In this document: positions 1-10,703 of the stretch, in pieces
Position numbering within the stretch: the stretch's first letter is position 1
Layout: each line of letters begins with the position of its first letter
Source of the DNA: Candidatus Poribacteria bacterium
GTDB taxonomy: Bacteria; Poribacteria; WGA-4E; PCPOR2b
Assembly (NCBI GenBank): GCA_965198175.1
Contig: OZ240245.1
Location: 1,952,001 to 2,016,000 of the forward strand
Direction: 5' to 3'
Length of the DNA stretch: 64,000 nt
Notes under the pieces: model-generated
Told to the model about the DNA's origin: nothing
Seen by the model: only the letters and a program-made list of their open reading frames with translations
Databases searched by the model: none
Translations under genes and position numbers: made by a program

Positions 1-2
1 AC

Positions 3-590
3 GGTGTCGGCAAAACGACGCTGCTGAACAATATCGTCGGACTGCTCAAACCGTCGTCCGGCTCGATTAAGATCGAAGGGCGCGAACTCGTGGGTGTTGC
101 AACACACCGGCGGATTCGCGCCGGGTTGGCTTACGTGCCGCAGGGACGGATGATCTTTCCGAAACTGACCGTTGAGGAAAATTTGAGGGTCGGGCTCTCG
201 GCGCGGGCGGATAAACGGACACAAATCCCGGATGAGATATATGAACTCTTCCCAATTCTCAAAGAGATGGGAAGCCGGATGGGCGGCGACCTTTCCGGAG
301 GACAGCAGCAACAGCTTTCCATTGGACGCGCCCTAGTTACCGATCCGAAGGTTCTCATCCTCGATGAACCCACCGAGGGCATCCAACCGAATATCATTCA
401 ACAGATTGGGGCGGTGCTTCGACAATTGGTTGAAAACAGAAAGCTAACAATTCTCATCGTTGAACAATACCTCGATTTTGTTCGGGAATTCTGCCAGCAG
501 TTTTACATTATGAACCGTGGCGAGATTGTCGCGCACGGTGAAACCGACTCGCTCAACCAGAACATGATTCGGGAGTACCTCAGCGTTTAA
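3..590 (+). CDS. urtE: Urea ABC transporter ATP-binding subunit, 5'-truncated by the window edge
   Basis: Frame is open from base 3 (GVGKTTLL Walker A); LSGGQQQQ signature; ILDEPTEGIQPNII motif typical of UrtE; directly precedes urease genes. Confidence 0.9.
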   Translation, partial: GVGKTTLLNNIVGLLKPSSGSIKIEGRELVGVATHRRIRAGLAYVPQGRMIFPKLTVEENLRVGLSARADKRTQIPDEIYELFPILKEMGSRMGGDLSGGQQQQLSIGRALVTDPKVLILDEPTEGIQPNIIQQIGAVLRQLVENRKLTILIVEQYLDFVREFCQQFYIMNRGEIVAHGETDSLNQNMIREYLSV

Positions 591-591
591 G

Positions 592-1440
592 ATGTCACGC
601 ATCAAGTCTACCGCCGGGCGCCACGGCGAACTCAAGCTCGCCTTCGCACAACGAAACGGGGATACCGTGTTGGCGGAGAGTTTCTTTCGGGTGCCGTTAC
701 AGGTGATGAAGCCGCGTTACGACGTGTCGGGTTGTGCTTGTGTATACCTTTTGAGTCCAACGGGGGGCATAGTCCAGGGCGACGACTACCAGATTGAGAT
801 TACCCTCGCCGCTAACACTCACGCAATTCTGACGACGCAAGCGGCGACGAAAGTTTACGCCATGCCCTTGCAGGGCGCAGCGCAGTCTATGCGAGTTCAG
901 GTAGGGAAAGATGCAATCTTTGAATACCAGCCTGATTCAACAATCCTGTTTCGAGATACGAACTTTAGTCAACAAATCTCCTTCTCTCTAGAGCGTGGGG
1001 CAAAGGTTGTCCTGCAGGAAATAATCATGCCGGGGCGATTGGCACGAGGCGAAACGTTGGCATTTACACGCTATCAGAGTTGCATTGAGGCTTCGGATTC
1101 GGATGGGTTGTTGCTTTATGACGCATGCTGCATCCAACCGGATCGCCAACCTTACCTAACCAAACTAGGAGTGTTAGAGGGATATACCTGCTGGGGAAGT
1201 TGGTATCTAATCGGCGATTTTGAAATGCCCGAGTGGGAGTTGCTTTGTGAATATTCCGAATTGCTGCTCAATCAGCCTTCAAAATCGTCCGGTGGATTAT
1301 CTCAACTGCACCGGGGCGGCATCGCTATCCGGATGCTCGCTCACAACGCAGGAACGATTCATTCTGCCTTTCAAACGATCTGGGATTGGCTGAAGATAGA
1401 ACATTTCGGACTCACAAGCGTTGATCTGCGAAAGTATTAA
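592..1440 (+). CDS. ureD: Urease accessory protein UreD
   Basis: PTGGIVQGD and TTQAATKVY motifs; directly upstream of ureABC. Confidence 0.93.
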   Translation: MSRIKSTAGRHGELKLAFAQRNGDTVLAESFFRVPLQVMKPRYDVSGCACVYLLSPTGGIVQGDDYQIEITLAANTHAILTTQAATKVYAMPLQGAAQSMRVQVGKDAIFEYQPDSTILFRDTNFSQQISFSLERGAKVVLQEIIMPGRLARGETLAFTRYQSCIEASDSDGLLLYDACCIQPDRQPYLTKLGVLEGYTCWGSWYLIGDFEMPEWELLCEYSELLLNQPSKSSGGLSQLHRGGIAIRMLAHNAGTIHSAFQTIWDWLKIEHFGLTSVDLRKY

Positions 1441-1458
1441 ACTCGGAGGATATGATTC

Positions 1459-1761
1459 GTGAACCTAACGCCCCGTGAACAAGAGAAGCTAATGATTTAC
1501 GTCGCGGCACAGCTTGCCAAAGATCGGCGGGCACGTGGCTTAAAACTCAACTACCCTGAAGCCGTCGCCATTATCACCGCCGAAATCCTGGAGGGCATCC
1601 GTGAAGGGAAATCGGTCGCAGAATTGATGCAGTACGGCACCACCCTACTGAACCACGACGATGTGATGGAAGGCGTGCCGGAGATGCTGCACGAAGTGCA
1701 GGTTGAGGGTACGTTCCCCGATGGCACGAAGCTCGTCACTGTCCACGATCCGATTCGGTAA
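1459..1761 (+). CDS. ureA: Urease gamma subunit
   Basis: [10 protein letters not shown]...KLNYPEAVA...[17 protein letters not shown] start with GGAGG RBS. Confidence 0.98.
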   Translation: MNLTPREQEKLMIYVAAQLAKDRRARGLKLNYPEAVAIITAEILEGIREGKSVAELMQYGTTLLNHDDVMEGVPEMLHEVQVEGTFPDGTKLVTVHDPIR

Positions 1762-1787
1762 GAATGAACAGTTAAGGAGTAATAAAG

Positions 1788-2102
1788 ATGATTCCCGGAG
1801 AATACATACTTGCGGAAGAAAACATTACTGCCAACGCTGAGCGTAAGACTGTTGAGTTAGCTGTTGCTAACATCGGTGACCGACCCATACAGGTCGGATC
1901 GCACTTCCACTTTTTTGAGGTCAACGCCGCGCTACAATTCGATCGAGAGAAGGCGTTCGGTATGCGGTTGAATATCCCGTCAGGCGTCGCTGTACGCTTT
2001 GAGCCGGGCGATGAAAAAACGGTGACGCTCACAGAATTGAAGGGTAAGCGAATCGTGCACGGATTGAACAATCAAACCAACGGGGCGCTTGATGAAGCGT
2101 AA
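1788..2102 (+). CDS. ureB: Urease beta subunit
   Basis: MIPGEY...[17 protein letters not shown]...AVRFEPG. Confidence 0.98.
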   Translation: MIPGEYILAEENITANAERKTVELAVANIGDRPIQVGSHFHFFEVNAALQFDREKAFGMRLNIPSGVAVRFEPGDEKTVTLTELKGKRIVHGLNNQTNGALDEA

Positions 2103-2113
2103 AGGAAAGGACA

Positions 2114-3832
2114 ATGTCGCTCAACATCCCACGACGCACCTACACAGACATCTACGGACCGACCGTCGGCGATAAAGTTCGCCTCGCGGACACCGAGCTA
2201 TTTGTCGAAGTCGAGAGAGATTATACAACTTACGGCGATGAGTCAAAATTTGGAGGCGGCAAGACTCTGCGCGATGGCATGGGACAGATGCCCGGTGCTA
2301 CTAGCGCGGAAGGCGTCCTCGATCTCGTTCTGACAAATGCTCTAATCCTAGACTATTGGGGAATTGTCAAGGCAGACATTGGGGTGCGTAACGGAAAAAT
2401 CGTTGGGATTGGCAAGGCAGGGAATCCGAACATTATGGATGGCGTCAGCGACGGAATGGTTGTCGGTGCGGGAACTGAGGTCATTGCCGCCGAGGGGATG
2501 ATTGTGACGCCAGGGGGACTTGATGTCCACATCCATTTCATCTGCCCCCAGCAGATAGATGAAGCCCTCTCATCGGGGATCACGACGATGATTGGCGGTG
2601 GGACGGGACCAGCAACTGGCACTAACGCCACCACCTGCACCCCTGGCACGTGGAATATTGAGCGAATGCTTGAAGCTGCTGAAGGGTTCCCAATCAATCT
2701 CGGTTTTTTGGGAAAGGGTAACTCATCGCTGCCGGAGTCTCTCAATGAACAGATTGAGGCGGGGGCGTTGGGGCTGAAACTCCACGAGGATTGGGGAACA
2801 ACGCCCGCTGCGATAGACTGCTGTCTATCCGTCGCCGATAAATACGATGTGCAGGTCGCCATCCACACCGACACGCTCAACGAGGCGGGGTTTGTCGAAG
2901 ATTCGATTGCCGCATTCAAGGGACGAACGATTCACACCTACCACACCGAAGGCGCAGGTGGTGGACACGCGCCGGATATCATCAAAGTCTGCGGTCAAAG
3001 CAACGTGTTGCCCTCCTCGACCAATCCCACGCGACCGTTCACGGTCAACACCATTGACGAGCACCTCGACATGCTGATGGTCTGCCACCATCTTGATGCC
3101 TCCATTCCCGAAGACCTTGCCTTCGCGGAGTCACGGATTCGTCCGGAGACAATCGCCGCCGAAGATATTCTGCACGACCTCGGCGCCTTTAGCATGATGG
3201 CGTCCGATTCACAGGCGATGGGACGTGTCGGCGAGGTAATTCTGCGCACATGGCAGACCGCCCACAAGATGAAAGTACAACGCGGTCGTTTCCCTGACGA
3301 AACAGGCGAAAACGATAACGTCCGCGCAAAACGGTACGTCGCCAAGTACGCGATTAATCCGGCGGTTACCCACGGCATCAGTGACCATGTTGGATCGATT
3401 GAAGTGGGCAAACTCGCGGATTTGGTGGTCTGGCATCCGGCGTTTTTTGGCGTCAAACCGCAATTGGTGCTAAAAGGTGGATTCCTCGTCTGGGCGGCGA
3501 TGGGCGACGCAAACGCCTCGATTCCAACTCCCCAGCCAGTGCTAGGGCGTCCGATGTTTGGCGCTTTTGGGCGCGTGCCGTATTCCGCTTCCTACACCTT
3601 TGTTTCGCAAGCGGGGGTTGAGAGAGAGGTCGGTGTCCGTCTCGGTCTACAAAAGCCGACTGTTGCCGTGAAAAATTGCCGTGACTTGGACAAATCGTTG
3701 ATGATAAACAATACCTACTTGCCGAAGATTGAGGTAAACCCCGAAACCTACGAAGTCCGCGCAGATGGCGAACTCCTCACCTGCGAACCTGCCGAAGTCC
3801 TTCCCATGGCACAGCGTTACTTCCTGTTTTGA
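2114..3832 (+). CDS. ureC: Urease alpha (catalytic) subunit
   Basis: HIHF Ni ligands, [23 protein letters not shown] flap, ends QRYFLF. Confidence 0.99.
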   Translation: MSLNIPRRTYTDIYGPTVGDKVRLADTELFVEVERDYTTYGDESKFGGGKTLRDGMGQMPGATSAEGVLDLVLTNALILDYWGIVKADIGVRNGKIVGIGKAGNPNIMDGVSDGMVVGAGTEVIAAEGMIVTPGGLDVHIHFICPQQIDEALSSGITTMIGGGTGPATGTNATTCTPGTWNIERMLEAAEGFPINLGFLGKGNSSLPESLNEQIEAGALGLKLHEDWGTTPAAIDCCLSVADKYDVQVAIHTDTLNEAGFVEDSIAAFKGRTIHTYHTEGAGGGHAPDIIKVCGQSNVLPSSTNPTRPFTVNTIDEHLDMLMVCHHLDASIPEDLAFAESRIRPETIAAEDILHDLGAFSMMASDSQAMGRVGEVILRTWQTAHKMKVQRGRFPDETGENDNVRAKRYVAKYAINPAVTHGISDHVGSIEVGKLADLVVWHPAFFGVKPQLVLKGGFLVWAAMGDANASIPTPQPVLGRPMFGAFGRVPYSASYTFVSQAGVEREVGVRLGLQKPTVAVKNCRDLDKSLMINNTYLPKIEVNPETYEVRADGELLTCEPAEVLPMAQRYFLF

Positions 3833-3896
3833 GGTCAAGTCCCGTTACCCAGGATCCCTGCAGCGCACTTGTCCTCTGCCCGTCCCTACGTAATAC

Positions 3897-3925
3897 TTGA
3901 ATTTCACTCTGGATTCGACTATAAT
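3897..3925 (+). promoter_or_regulatory. Sigma70-type promoter upstream of the cassette array
   Basis: TTGAAT (3897-3902), 17 bp spacer, TATAAT (3920-3925). Confidence 0.6.
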
Positions 3926-4065
3926 TAACAGTAGGTTTCCGCATTCCAAATGTCACTCCCTTTGAAAAACAATCGCTGTAGAAACAGGTGGAAAATCCCG
4001 TCTACTCAATAACTCAGTTGATTTCTTTCCCGCGCAAGGGCTGTTAGGCTGTGGAGAAACTGGAA

Positions 4066-4464
4066 ATGGATGACCAAATCCGGCACTACGAAGAGAGATT
4101 GAGCTACGAAACGGATTCGTGGGACCTCAATGAAGCCATCGAAAATGGCGAGAAGATTGTCGTAATAGACGCACGCTCTCGCGAAGCATTTCCTGAAGAG
4201 CATATTCCCGTAGCGGTCAATTTGCCGCATCGGACGATGAGCCGAGAGACGACATCGCATTTGGATCGAGAGATTCTCTATGTCACATACTGCGATGGTA
4301 TCGGTTGCAATGCATCAACCAAAGGCGCACTCAAGATGGCGCAGTTAGGATTTCGCGTAAAGGAACTTATTGGCGGCTTGGATTGGTGGAAGCGGGATGG
4401 TTACCATACGGAAACTACTGATGCAGGTTTAGATACGCAATCAACATCCTGTGGTTGTCAATAA
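4066..4464 (+). CDS. Rhodanese-like domain protein (cassette gene)
   Basis: VIDARS...HIPVAVNLP...YCDGIGCN...ELIGGLDWW; ATG at 4066 after GGAG. Confidence 0.88.
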   Translation: MDDQIRHYEERLSYETDSWDLNEAIENGEKIVVIDARSREAFPEEHIPVAVNLPHRTMSRETTSHLDREILYVTYCDGIGCNASTKGALKMAQLGFRVKELIGGLDWWKRDGYHTETTDAGLDTQSTSCGCQ

Positions 4465-4587
4465 TCCTAAATCCTACAGTGCCAGCTATGAGGTATCCTA
4501 AGGAGTCTTTCCATTGCCTCATCTCCAACTATACATTTGATCGAACGTCCGCTGCAATCTACAATATGAAATTATGAGGCTGATATT

Positions 4588-4968
4588 GTGAATTGTCCGT
4601 TCTGCCCTCCATCGGTAAACGACAGGTTCGTTCGACTTGAGAATGAGTTGAGTCTCTTCATCGATCTTCAACATTCGATACTGCGAGGGTCTGGAATCAT
4701 TGTTCCAAGAACTCATCGACAATCAATGTTTGATCTCTCGGTAGAAGAATTTGTCTCCACATTCTCACTCCTGACCGAGGTCAAAACATTGATTGATGCT
4801 GAATACCATCCACAGGGCTACAATTTGGGTTGGAATTGCGGTGTCGTAGCTGGGCAAACGGTATTCCATGCTCATTTGCATGTCATACCGCGTTTCGAGT
4901 CTGAGCCTTATGCAGGTAGAGGAATTCGTTACTGGTTCAAGCAGGAACCCAACCGGCGCAGCACCTAA
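4588..4968 (+). CDS. HIT family hydrolase (cassette gene)
   Basis: N-terminal CPFC; AGQTVFHAHLHVIPR histidine triad. Confidence 0.92.
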   Translation: MNCPFCPPSVNDRFVRLENELSLFIDLQHSILRGSGIIVPRTHRQSMFDLSVEEFVSTFSLLTEVKTLIDAEYHPQGYNLGWNCGVVAGQTVFHAHLHVIPRFESEPYAGRGIRYWFKQEPNRRST

Positions 4969-5111
4969 CGAGCTATTGCAGTTAATGGTGGAAAGCTAGC
5001 TTTTATCGATGTTATTGGAGTCTGCAGCGGGTTTGGGTTGTTGAACGTCTCTCGCCAAAACCCCAATCTGCTCGTCCGACTCATCTGCCAACTGAACATT
5101 TTCCGTTAAAC
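4963..5111 (+). mobile_element. attC recombination site
   Basis: R'' ACCTAAC overlaps the HIT stop codon; 5-nt spacer; L'' ATTGCAGTT pairs with L' AACTGAAC leaving one extra base; 7-nt spacer; R' GTTAAAC; imperfect central stem. Confidence 0.8.
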
Positions 5112-5135
5112 AGTTATGATTAGGAGAATCCGGAC

Positions 5136-5867
5136 ATGAACAATGCCAAAGCGCTTATACCACTAGGTTTCTTGCTTGCACTCGGTCTTGTGATATCGAC
5201 CTACCTCGTTACAAGCGTAGCACGAGATTTACTCATGGCTCGCCAGATTATCAAGGTAAGGGGATATGCCGAGATTCACGTCGAGTCAGATTTAGCGATA
5301 TGGCACATTACGGTCAAAGCGAAGGACAGGTACATGTCAAAGGCATACCCGATTCTTGCCGCACATCGTAAGAAAGTGATTGCTTTTCTAGAGGAGAATG
5401 GAGTGAAACCCGAGGAGATCAAAATCATTTCAGTCCAAGTGCGTGAACGAAAGAAACTGACAGAAAAGGGATACGAAACAAGCGAGATTGAGGCATTTCA
5501 ACTTTCCCAAGATATTACGGTCAAATCCAAAGATGTGCACAACATATCAAAAATATTGACAGCGATAGCCGACCTTCTTGGAGAAGGAGTAGACCTAAAG
5601 GCAGAAATGCCTAGCTACTATTACACGCGGGTGAACGAGTTGAAGAGCACGCTACTAGTGGAAGCGACTAAGGATGCACGGATGCGAGCAAAGACGTTGG
5701 CTGAAGGTAGCGACGTGAATCTAGGACCGCTCCGCGCCGCGCGTCAAGGTGTATTTAGCGTCCAGTCTGCGGACGCAAGCAGTATTGCCGAGAAAGCTGC
5801 TGATGACGTTGCATCTATCCCAAAGAAAATCACTGCCGTGGTAACAGTCGATTACGCGACGCGATGA
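5136..5867 (+). CDS. SIMPL (DUF541) domain protein (cassette gene)
   Basis: N-terminal TM; IKVRGYAE..VESDLAIW; ATKDARMRA..LA; LRAARQGVF; K..TAVVTVDY. Confidence 0.85.
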   Translation: MNNAKALIPLGFLLALGLVISTYLVTSVARDLLMARQIIKVRGYAEIHVESDLAIWHITVKAKDRYMSKAYPILAAHRKKVIAFLEENGVKPEEIKIISVQVRERKKLTEKGYETSEIEAFQLSQDITVKSKDVHNISKILTAIADLLGEGVDLKAEMPSYYYTRVNELKSTLLVEATKDARMRAKTLAEGSDVNLGPLRAARQGVFSVQSADASSIAEKAADDVASIPKKITAVVTVDYATR

Positions 5868-5884
5868 AAGATGACTTCCTCCTC

Positions 5885-6001
5885 ACCGCAGCTTAGACTA
5901 CAAACCTAGGTTTCATGAAGGTTTTCAAGGGGTCGGTAGCGTTCCGTTCTTTGGATGTTATTCCGCGAACTCCCACAGCGACTGAACTCTGATTGTTGGA
6001 A
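5885..6001 (+). mobile_element. Degenerate attC site
   Basis: Right half GACTGAAC-N7-GTTGGAA mirrors the 5090-5111 layout; left half decayed (ACCGCAGCTT); next gene starts 9 bp later. Confidence 0.55.
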
Positions 6002-6009
6002 CAGGTAGA

Positions 6010-7029
6010 ATGATCGAAAAAGAGGTCTTCATATACACCGATGGAGCTTGTCTCGGCAACCCGGGTAGGGGCGGATACGGCGTTGTGCTCTGTTATAATG
6101 CAAACCAGAAGCAGTTATCTGGAGGATTCCGTCTCACAACAAACAATCGGATGGAAATCATGGCAGCGATCGTCGGATTAAAGGCGCTAAAATCTCCCTG
6201 TACGGTTACGCTTTATACGGACTCAAGATACCTCGCTGATGCCATCACAAAAGGGTGGGCACGACGATGGAGAGCGAAAGGATGGTGGAGAACGGACAAA
6301 GAAAAAGCCTTAAATGCCGACCTGTGGAAGAGATTACTGGAATTGTGCGACCAACATACGGTCAAATTTCGCTGGATAAAAGGGCACGCGGGGCACGAAT
6401 GGAATGAGATTTGTGATAAGCTTTCAAAGGAGGCAGCAAGTGCCCCTAATCTTCCTGATGATGATGGATATACTGCAAAGCCTAGACCAGGCGTAGAGAA
6501 AGCGAGTTCGCCTCAGTGTGTGCAATTTAACGGGAAAAATTATACTTGGGATTCGGCGAACTGGTACGATACCGAGACACATCTAAAACCACCTGTGTCA
6601 GCGATTTGTGAGCTAAATAAGTGTTTGTTGCCTTTATTAGAGGAAGAAGACCAACAAATCGGGGATTTCCATGACCTGCTTGTGCGTGCCAAAGAAGCTC
6701 GAGACTCCAAACAATACGCAAGAGCGGGAAAACTCGCTCGGCGTGCGGTTAGACTGTCTCCTGATGACTTGGGTGCATTGGCTATACTATCCTCTTGCCT
6801 ACGCGCTCAAGGGAATCCAAGAGAAGCCCTTAAGGTAACCAATCGTTTTAAGTCTACACTTTACCTACCATTACTGAGTTCACGCGTGGCCGCACTATGT
6901 GACCTAGACAGATGGGAAGACGCGAAGAAAGTTGTTGACCGTGCGCTTTCTATCGGAACGGACAAAGAGAAATTCTCTGAAATAGTCGACCGAATAAAGG
7001 CTGCTAAACCTGAACTTTACAGCGAGTGA
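6010..7029 (+). CDS. rnhA: Ribonuclease HI domain fused to a C-terminal TPR-like region
   Basis: [39 protein letters not shown] (catalytic residues intact), then ~185 extra aa with helical repeats. Confidence 0.85.
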   Translation: MIEKEVFIYTDGACLGNPGRGGYGVVLCYNANQKQLSGGFRLTTNNRMEIMAAIVGLKALKSPCTVTLYTDSRYLADAITKGWARRWRAKGWWRTDKEKALNADLWKRLLELCDQHTVKFRWIKGHAGHEWNEICDKLSKEAASAPNLPDDDGYTAKPRPGVEKASSPQCVQFNGKNYTWDSANWYDTETHLKPPVSAICELNKCLLPLLEEEDQQIGDFHDLLVRAKEARDSKQYARAGKLARRAVRLSPDDLGALAILSSCLRAQGNPREALKVTNRFKSTLYLPLLSSRVAALCDLDRWEDAKKVVDRALSIGTDKEKFSEIVDRIKAAKPELYSE

Positions 7030-7155
7030 TGGATTCAAGGGCACAGTCCATGACAAAGCGTTGCAGTTGAGACGACTTGAAGTGCGGTTCTAACGGGGTT
7101 TTGAGAGGCGGCGCGTTCTGGTTTGACGAACTTCATTTCACAAGAGAACAGAGTA

Positions 7156-7527
7156 ATGATTCGAAAAATTGCTACATCAGCAGTCTATGTGACCGATCAG
7201 GATGCAGCCGTCCAGTTTTGGGGGGAACAAGTCGGGTTTGAAATACGTCGAGATCTGCCCATGGGGTCCGAAGCGAGATGGATTGAAATGGCTCCGCCAG
7301 GTGCCGAGTCCTGCATCGTTATTTACCCAAAAAGCCTGATGGAAGATTGGGCTGAACGAAAGCCATCAATGGTGTTTGAATGCGAGGATATAGAACAAAC
7401 TCACAGGGAAATGGCTGGGCGGCGTGTAGAATTTTCACAAGCTCCTAAGGAAATGCCTTGGGGTGCGTTTGCCATCTTTTTGGACCCTGAAGGCAATTGG
7501 TATGGGTTACGGGAAAGGTCCAAATAA
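7156..7527 (+). CDS. VOC/glyoxalase family protein
   Basis: VYVTDQDAAVQFW...GF; P.EMPWG..AIFLDPEGNW. Confidence 0.88.
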   Translation: MIRKIATSAVYVTDQDAAVQFWGEQVGFEIRRDLPMGSEARWIEMAPPGAESCIVIYPKSLMEDWAERKPSMVFECEDIEQTHREMAGRRVEFSQAPKEMPWGAFAIFLDPEGNWYGLRERSK

Positions 7528-7574
7528 ACCACCCTACTTTCACTTGCACTTTTGAAATCTGCGGCGCCGTATTC

Positions 7575-10406
7575 TCACTTTGCCGACATCCAATTGTCTC
7601 CAATCCCTACCTCCGTCCGAAGGGGAACTCGCAACGCCATCGCACCCTCCATCTCCTCACGCACAACGGCTGCGTGTGTCTCAGCGAACGATTCAGGTGT
7701 TTCATATACCAATTCGTCGTGGATCTGGAGCAACAGTTTCAACGGCAAACCGTCTTGATCAATCCGGCGCTGCACGTTCACCATTGCCGCTTTGATTAGG
7801 TCTGCCGCGCTGCCCTGAACCACGGTGTTGAACGCTAACCGCTCACCTTGACTCTGACGGTTCCGATTCGGCGAGTGAATCTCCGGGATAGCGCGTCGCC
7901 GCCCGGTGAGCGTGAAAACATATCCGTGTTCCAAAGCCTGTTGGATACAACGGTGCAAAAAAATCTCGATTCCCGGAAAGCGTTGCTTATAGTCGTTAAT
8001 CAACGCCGTTGCAGTTTTCACGTTCATGCCCTTAATCCGCCGGGCGAGCCCAAATGGGGACACCCCATAAATAATTCCGAAGTTGATTGTCTTAGCACGG
8101 TCGCGTTGTTCACGAGTCACACTTTCAATCGGGACACCGAACACCTGCGAAGCCACGGACGTGTGGATGTCGAGCCCTCGCTCAAACATCTCGATTAAAC
8201 CGGGGTCCTCACTGAAGTGGGCGAGTAGGCGGAGTTCAATCTGCGAGTAGTCGGCGCAGATGAGTTTGTTGCCTTCCGGGGCCTTGAACGCCTTACGAAG
8301 TTGGCGTCCTACGTCTGTCCGCACCGGGATATTCTGAAGGTTTGGTCCGTGCGATGCCAACCGCCCTGTGGCGGTGGTGAGTTGATGGAATGTGGCGTGA
8401 ATGCGCCCCGTCTTCTTGTTCACCGCGTTCCGCAATTGATCGAGGTAAGTGCTTGTCAATTTGGTCAGTTGGCGATACTCGATGATAAGGCGCGGCACGG
8501 TCGTGTGTGGCTGATTCAAGTCCTCCTGCGCGGTCAGTCGTTCCAGCACGGTCACATCCGTTCCCCATCGACCGCTCTTCGTCTTTTTCACTGGCTCGAA
8601 GCCCAGCTTGTTGAAGAGCACCTCTCCAAGCTGCTGTGTGGACTCCAGATGGAATTCGCCGCCGGCAAGCTCCCAAATTTCCCCACGGAGTGCGTCGATT
8701 CGCTCGTTGATAACCTCGCCCTGTCGTGCCAACTCCTCTGGATCGCATACGACGCCGTTGAACTCAATCTCGGCAATAATCGGCGCGAGTGGGGATTCAA
8801 TGTCCCGCACAAGGGCGGTAATGCCCATCGCCTCCAACTTGGGTAGCAGGTGATGATATAAGCGAAGCACGATGTCAGTGTCCTCCGATGCATAGGTCGT
8901 AACCTGTGCCAGCGGAATTGTGTCGATAGCTCTCTCTTCCTCGCTCTCCCCAATCAGGTCAGCGATGGGAATCATCTTGTAGTTCAGGTGGAGTAGGGCG
9001 ACGGTATCGAGCCGGTGCCCCGGTTGTTCCGGATCGATCAAAAGGCTGGCGAGCATCGTATCGAGCACTACGCCGCGTAGCTTTGCACCGTTTCGCAACA
9101 GCACATGCGAATCAAACTTCAGGTTATGACCACACTTGGGAAGATTGTTGTCCTCCAAAATCGGTTTCAGGGCTGTTAAGATAGTTTCAGCATCAAGGTG
9201 TTCGCTCGGATTTGGAGAACGAATGGGGACGTAAACGCCGTGCCCGGGCTTCCATGAGAAGCTCAAACCGCAGAGTGCTGCGTCTCGCGCTAAACTGGTC
9301 GTCTCCGTATCAACGCTGATAATCGGCTGAACACGGAGTGTCGCCACAAGCTCCTCTAGCTGCCCCGGTGTCGTGATTGCGGTGTAGTCGCTCGTGCTAG
9401 CGGTTCCGTACTCGCCTTTTTCCAGAATCGCTGTCGTTTGCTCCTCCAAAACTGCGACTCGCTCCTTTCTTGTTGTGGAGGTGGGAGCTTTTGGGGAAAC
9501 TAAGACTTCGGTGCCGGCCGTAAGTTGCTCCAGTTCTTTCCGATATCGATTAAAGCCCAACTGCTCAAACAGCAGCAGAAGTTTCTGGCGGTCAATTGAG
9601 TCAACTCGCGCTTGCTCCAGTGAAAACGGGAAATCGGCATCGCGCTTCAGCGTCACAAGGGTACGCGAAAGGGGCAGATGAGCACGCGCCTTTTCTAGAT
9701 TTTCCCGGCGTTTGCCCTTAATCTTGTCGATATTCGAAAAGATGCCGTCAATTGATCCAAAGTCTTGTATCAACTTGGCAGCGGTTTTGGGTCCAATGCC
9801 CTCAACACCTGGTACGTTGTCCACCTTATCGCCCATCAACGCGAGCATATCAACAACCTGCGCCGGTGTGATACCTTTATCCTTTTGAAGCGATTCCACA
9901 TCAATTGTCTCGTCGGTATGGATATCAAACATCGTAACGCGGTCGCCGAGAAGCTGCTCAAGATCTTTGTCTTTGGAGACGATGCGGATTCGGAGGTCGT
10001 CGCGCGAAGGATCATCGTGGATGCGCTGGGTAATCGTAGCGATGACATCGTCCGCTTCTAGTCCCGGCACACCGATGATAGGGATGCCAAAAAGGTCGGT
10101 TACCTCCTGTATACGAGGAATCTGTGCGATCAGATCGTCCGGGGTGGTTTCACGTGTGCCTTTGTACTCGTCATAGAGGTCATCGCGAAACGTCTTCCCC
10201 GGCATATCCATCGCCGCTACGACATAGTTTGGGCGAAACTGAGAGAGGAGTTTGATTAACATGCCCGTGAAGCCGAAGACAGCGTGGGTCGGTTCCCCGG
10301 TAACAGAGCTGCGCAATCCGCCACGAATGGCGAAGTACGCACGGAAAATCTGGGCGTGTCCATCAATTAGATATAAAGTTTCAACCGGTTCATGTTCCGA
10401 TTCCAT
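7575..10406 (-). CDS. polA: DNA polymerase I
   Basis: 5'-3' exo (LIDGH, EADD, SKDKD), 3'-5' exo (DTETT, HNLKFD), polymerase motifs ADYSQIELR, AKTINFGIIYG, QIHDEL. Confidence 0.98.
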   Translation of the reverse strand: MESEHEPVETLYLIDGHAQIFRAYFAIRGGLRSSVTGEPTHAVFGFTGMLIKLLSQFRPNYVVAAMDMPGKTFRDDLYDEYKGTRETTPDDLIAQIPRIQEVTDLFGIPIIGVPGLEADDVIATITQRIHDDPSRDDLRIRIVSKDKDLEQLLGDRVTMFDIHTDETIDVESLQKDKGITPAQVVDMLALMGDKVDNVPGVEGIGPKTAAKLIQDFGSIDGIFSNIDKIKGKRRENLEKARAHLPLSRTLVTLKRDADFPFSLEQARVDSIDRQKLLLLFEQLGFNRYRKELEQLTAGTEVLVSPKAPTSTTRKERVAVLEEQTTAILEKGEYGTASTSDYTAITTPGQLEELVATLRVQPIISVDTETTSLARDAALCGLSFSWKPGHGVYVPIRSPNPSEHLDAETILTALKPILEDNNLPKCGHNLKFDSHVLLRNGAKLRGVVLDTMLASLLIDPEQPGHRLDTVALLHLNYKMIPIADLIGESEEERAIDTIPLAQVTTYASEDTDIVLRLYHHLLPKLEAMGITALVRDIESPLAPIIAEIEFNGVVCDPEELARQGEVINERIDALRGEIWELAGGEFHLESTQQLGEVLFNKLGFEPVKKTKSGRWGTDVTVLERLTAQEDLNQPHTTVPRLIIEYRQLTKLTSTYLDQLRNAVNKKTGRIHATFHQLTTATGRLASHGPNLQNIPVRTDVGRQLRKAFKAPEGNKLICADYSQIELRLLAHFSEDPGLIEMFERGLDIHTSVASQVFGVPIESVTREQRDRAKTINFGIIYGVSPFGLARRIKGMNVKTATALINDYKQRFPGIEIFLHRCIQQALEHGYVFTLTGRRRAIPEIHSPNRNRQSQGERLAFNTVVQGSAADLIKAAMVNVQRRIDQDGLPLKLLLQIHDELVYETPESFAETHAAVVREEMEGAMALRVPLRTEVGIGDNWMSAK

Positions 10407-10703
10407 ATTCGTCTCCTTCAGTAACTCTAACCATAGCGCTTTTCACAGCCTTTTCGATTGGGGATTATTTTACACTGTGCTATAATCTGCATAAGGCTTG
10501 GATAATCGAGGTGAGCGAAGAGTCCATCCGCTCAGAAGCCCGCCAAGGGGTCCAAAGAAGAGTGAATCAATACCATCTTCTGCCCAAACGGTATTTTAAC
10601 CGAATTCCCTCTATTATGCAACCCACAACTTCCCTGTTCCGAGCATTCAACACCGATGAACGAGAGAACTCTGACAATGTACTAGGTGTACGCTAAATGC
10701 TTA

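Larger units (their letters stand above)
4043..7069 (+). mobile_element. Integrase-less integron cassette array (CALIN-like), partly decayed
   Basis: Co-oriented unrelated genes; GTTAGGC core site at 4043-4049; one full attC (4963-5111); partial attC remnants at 4518-4538, 5980-6001 and 7048-7069; no intI in window. Confidence 0.72.

Noticed and set aside
2348..3463. Long antisense and alternate-frame ORFs over ureC (similar ones over polA, leuC, ppdK, ileS)
   Set aside because: Shadow ORFs from codon bias of conserved genes, with no recognisable motifs.
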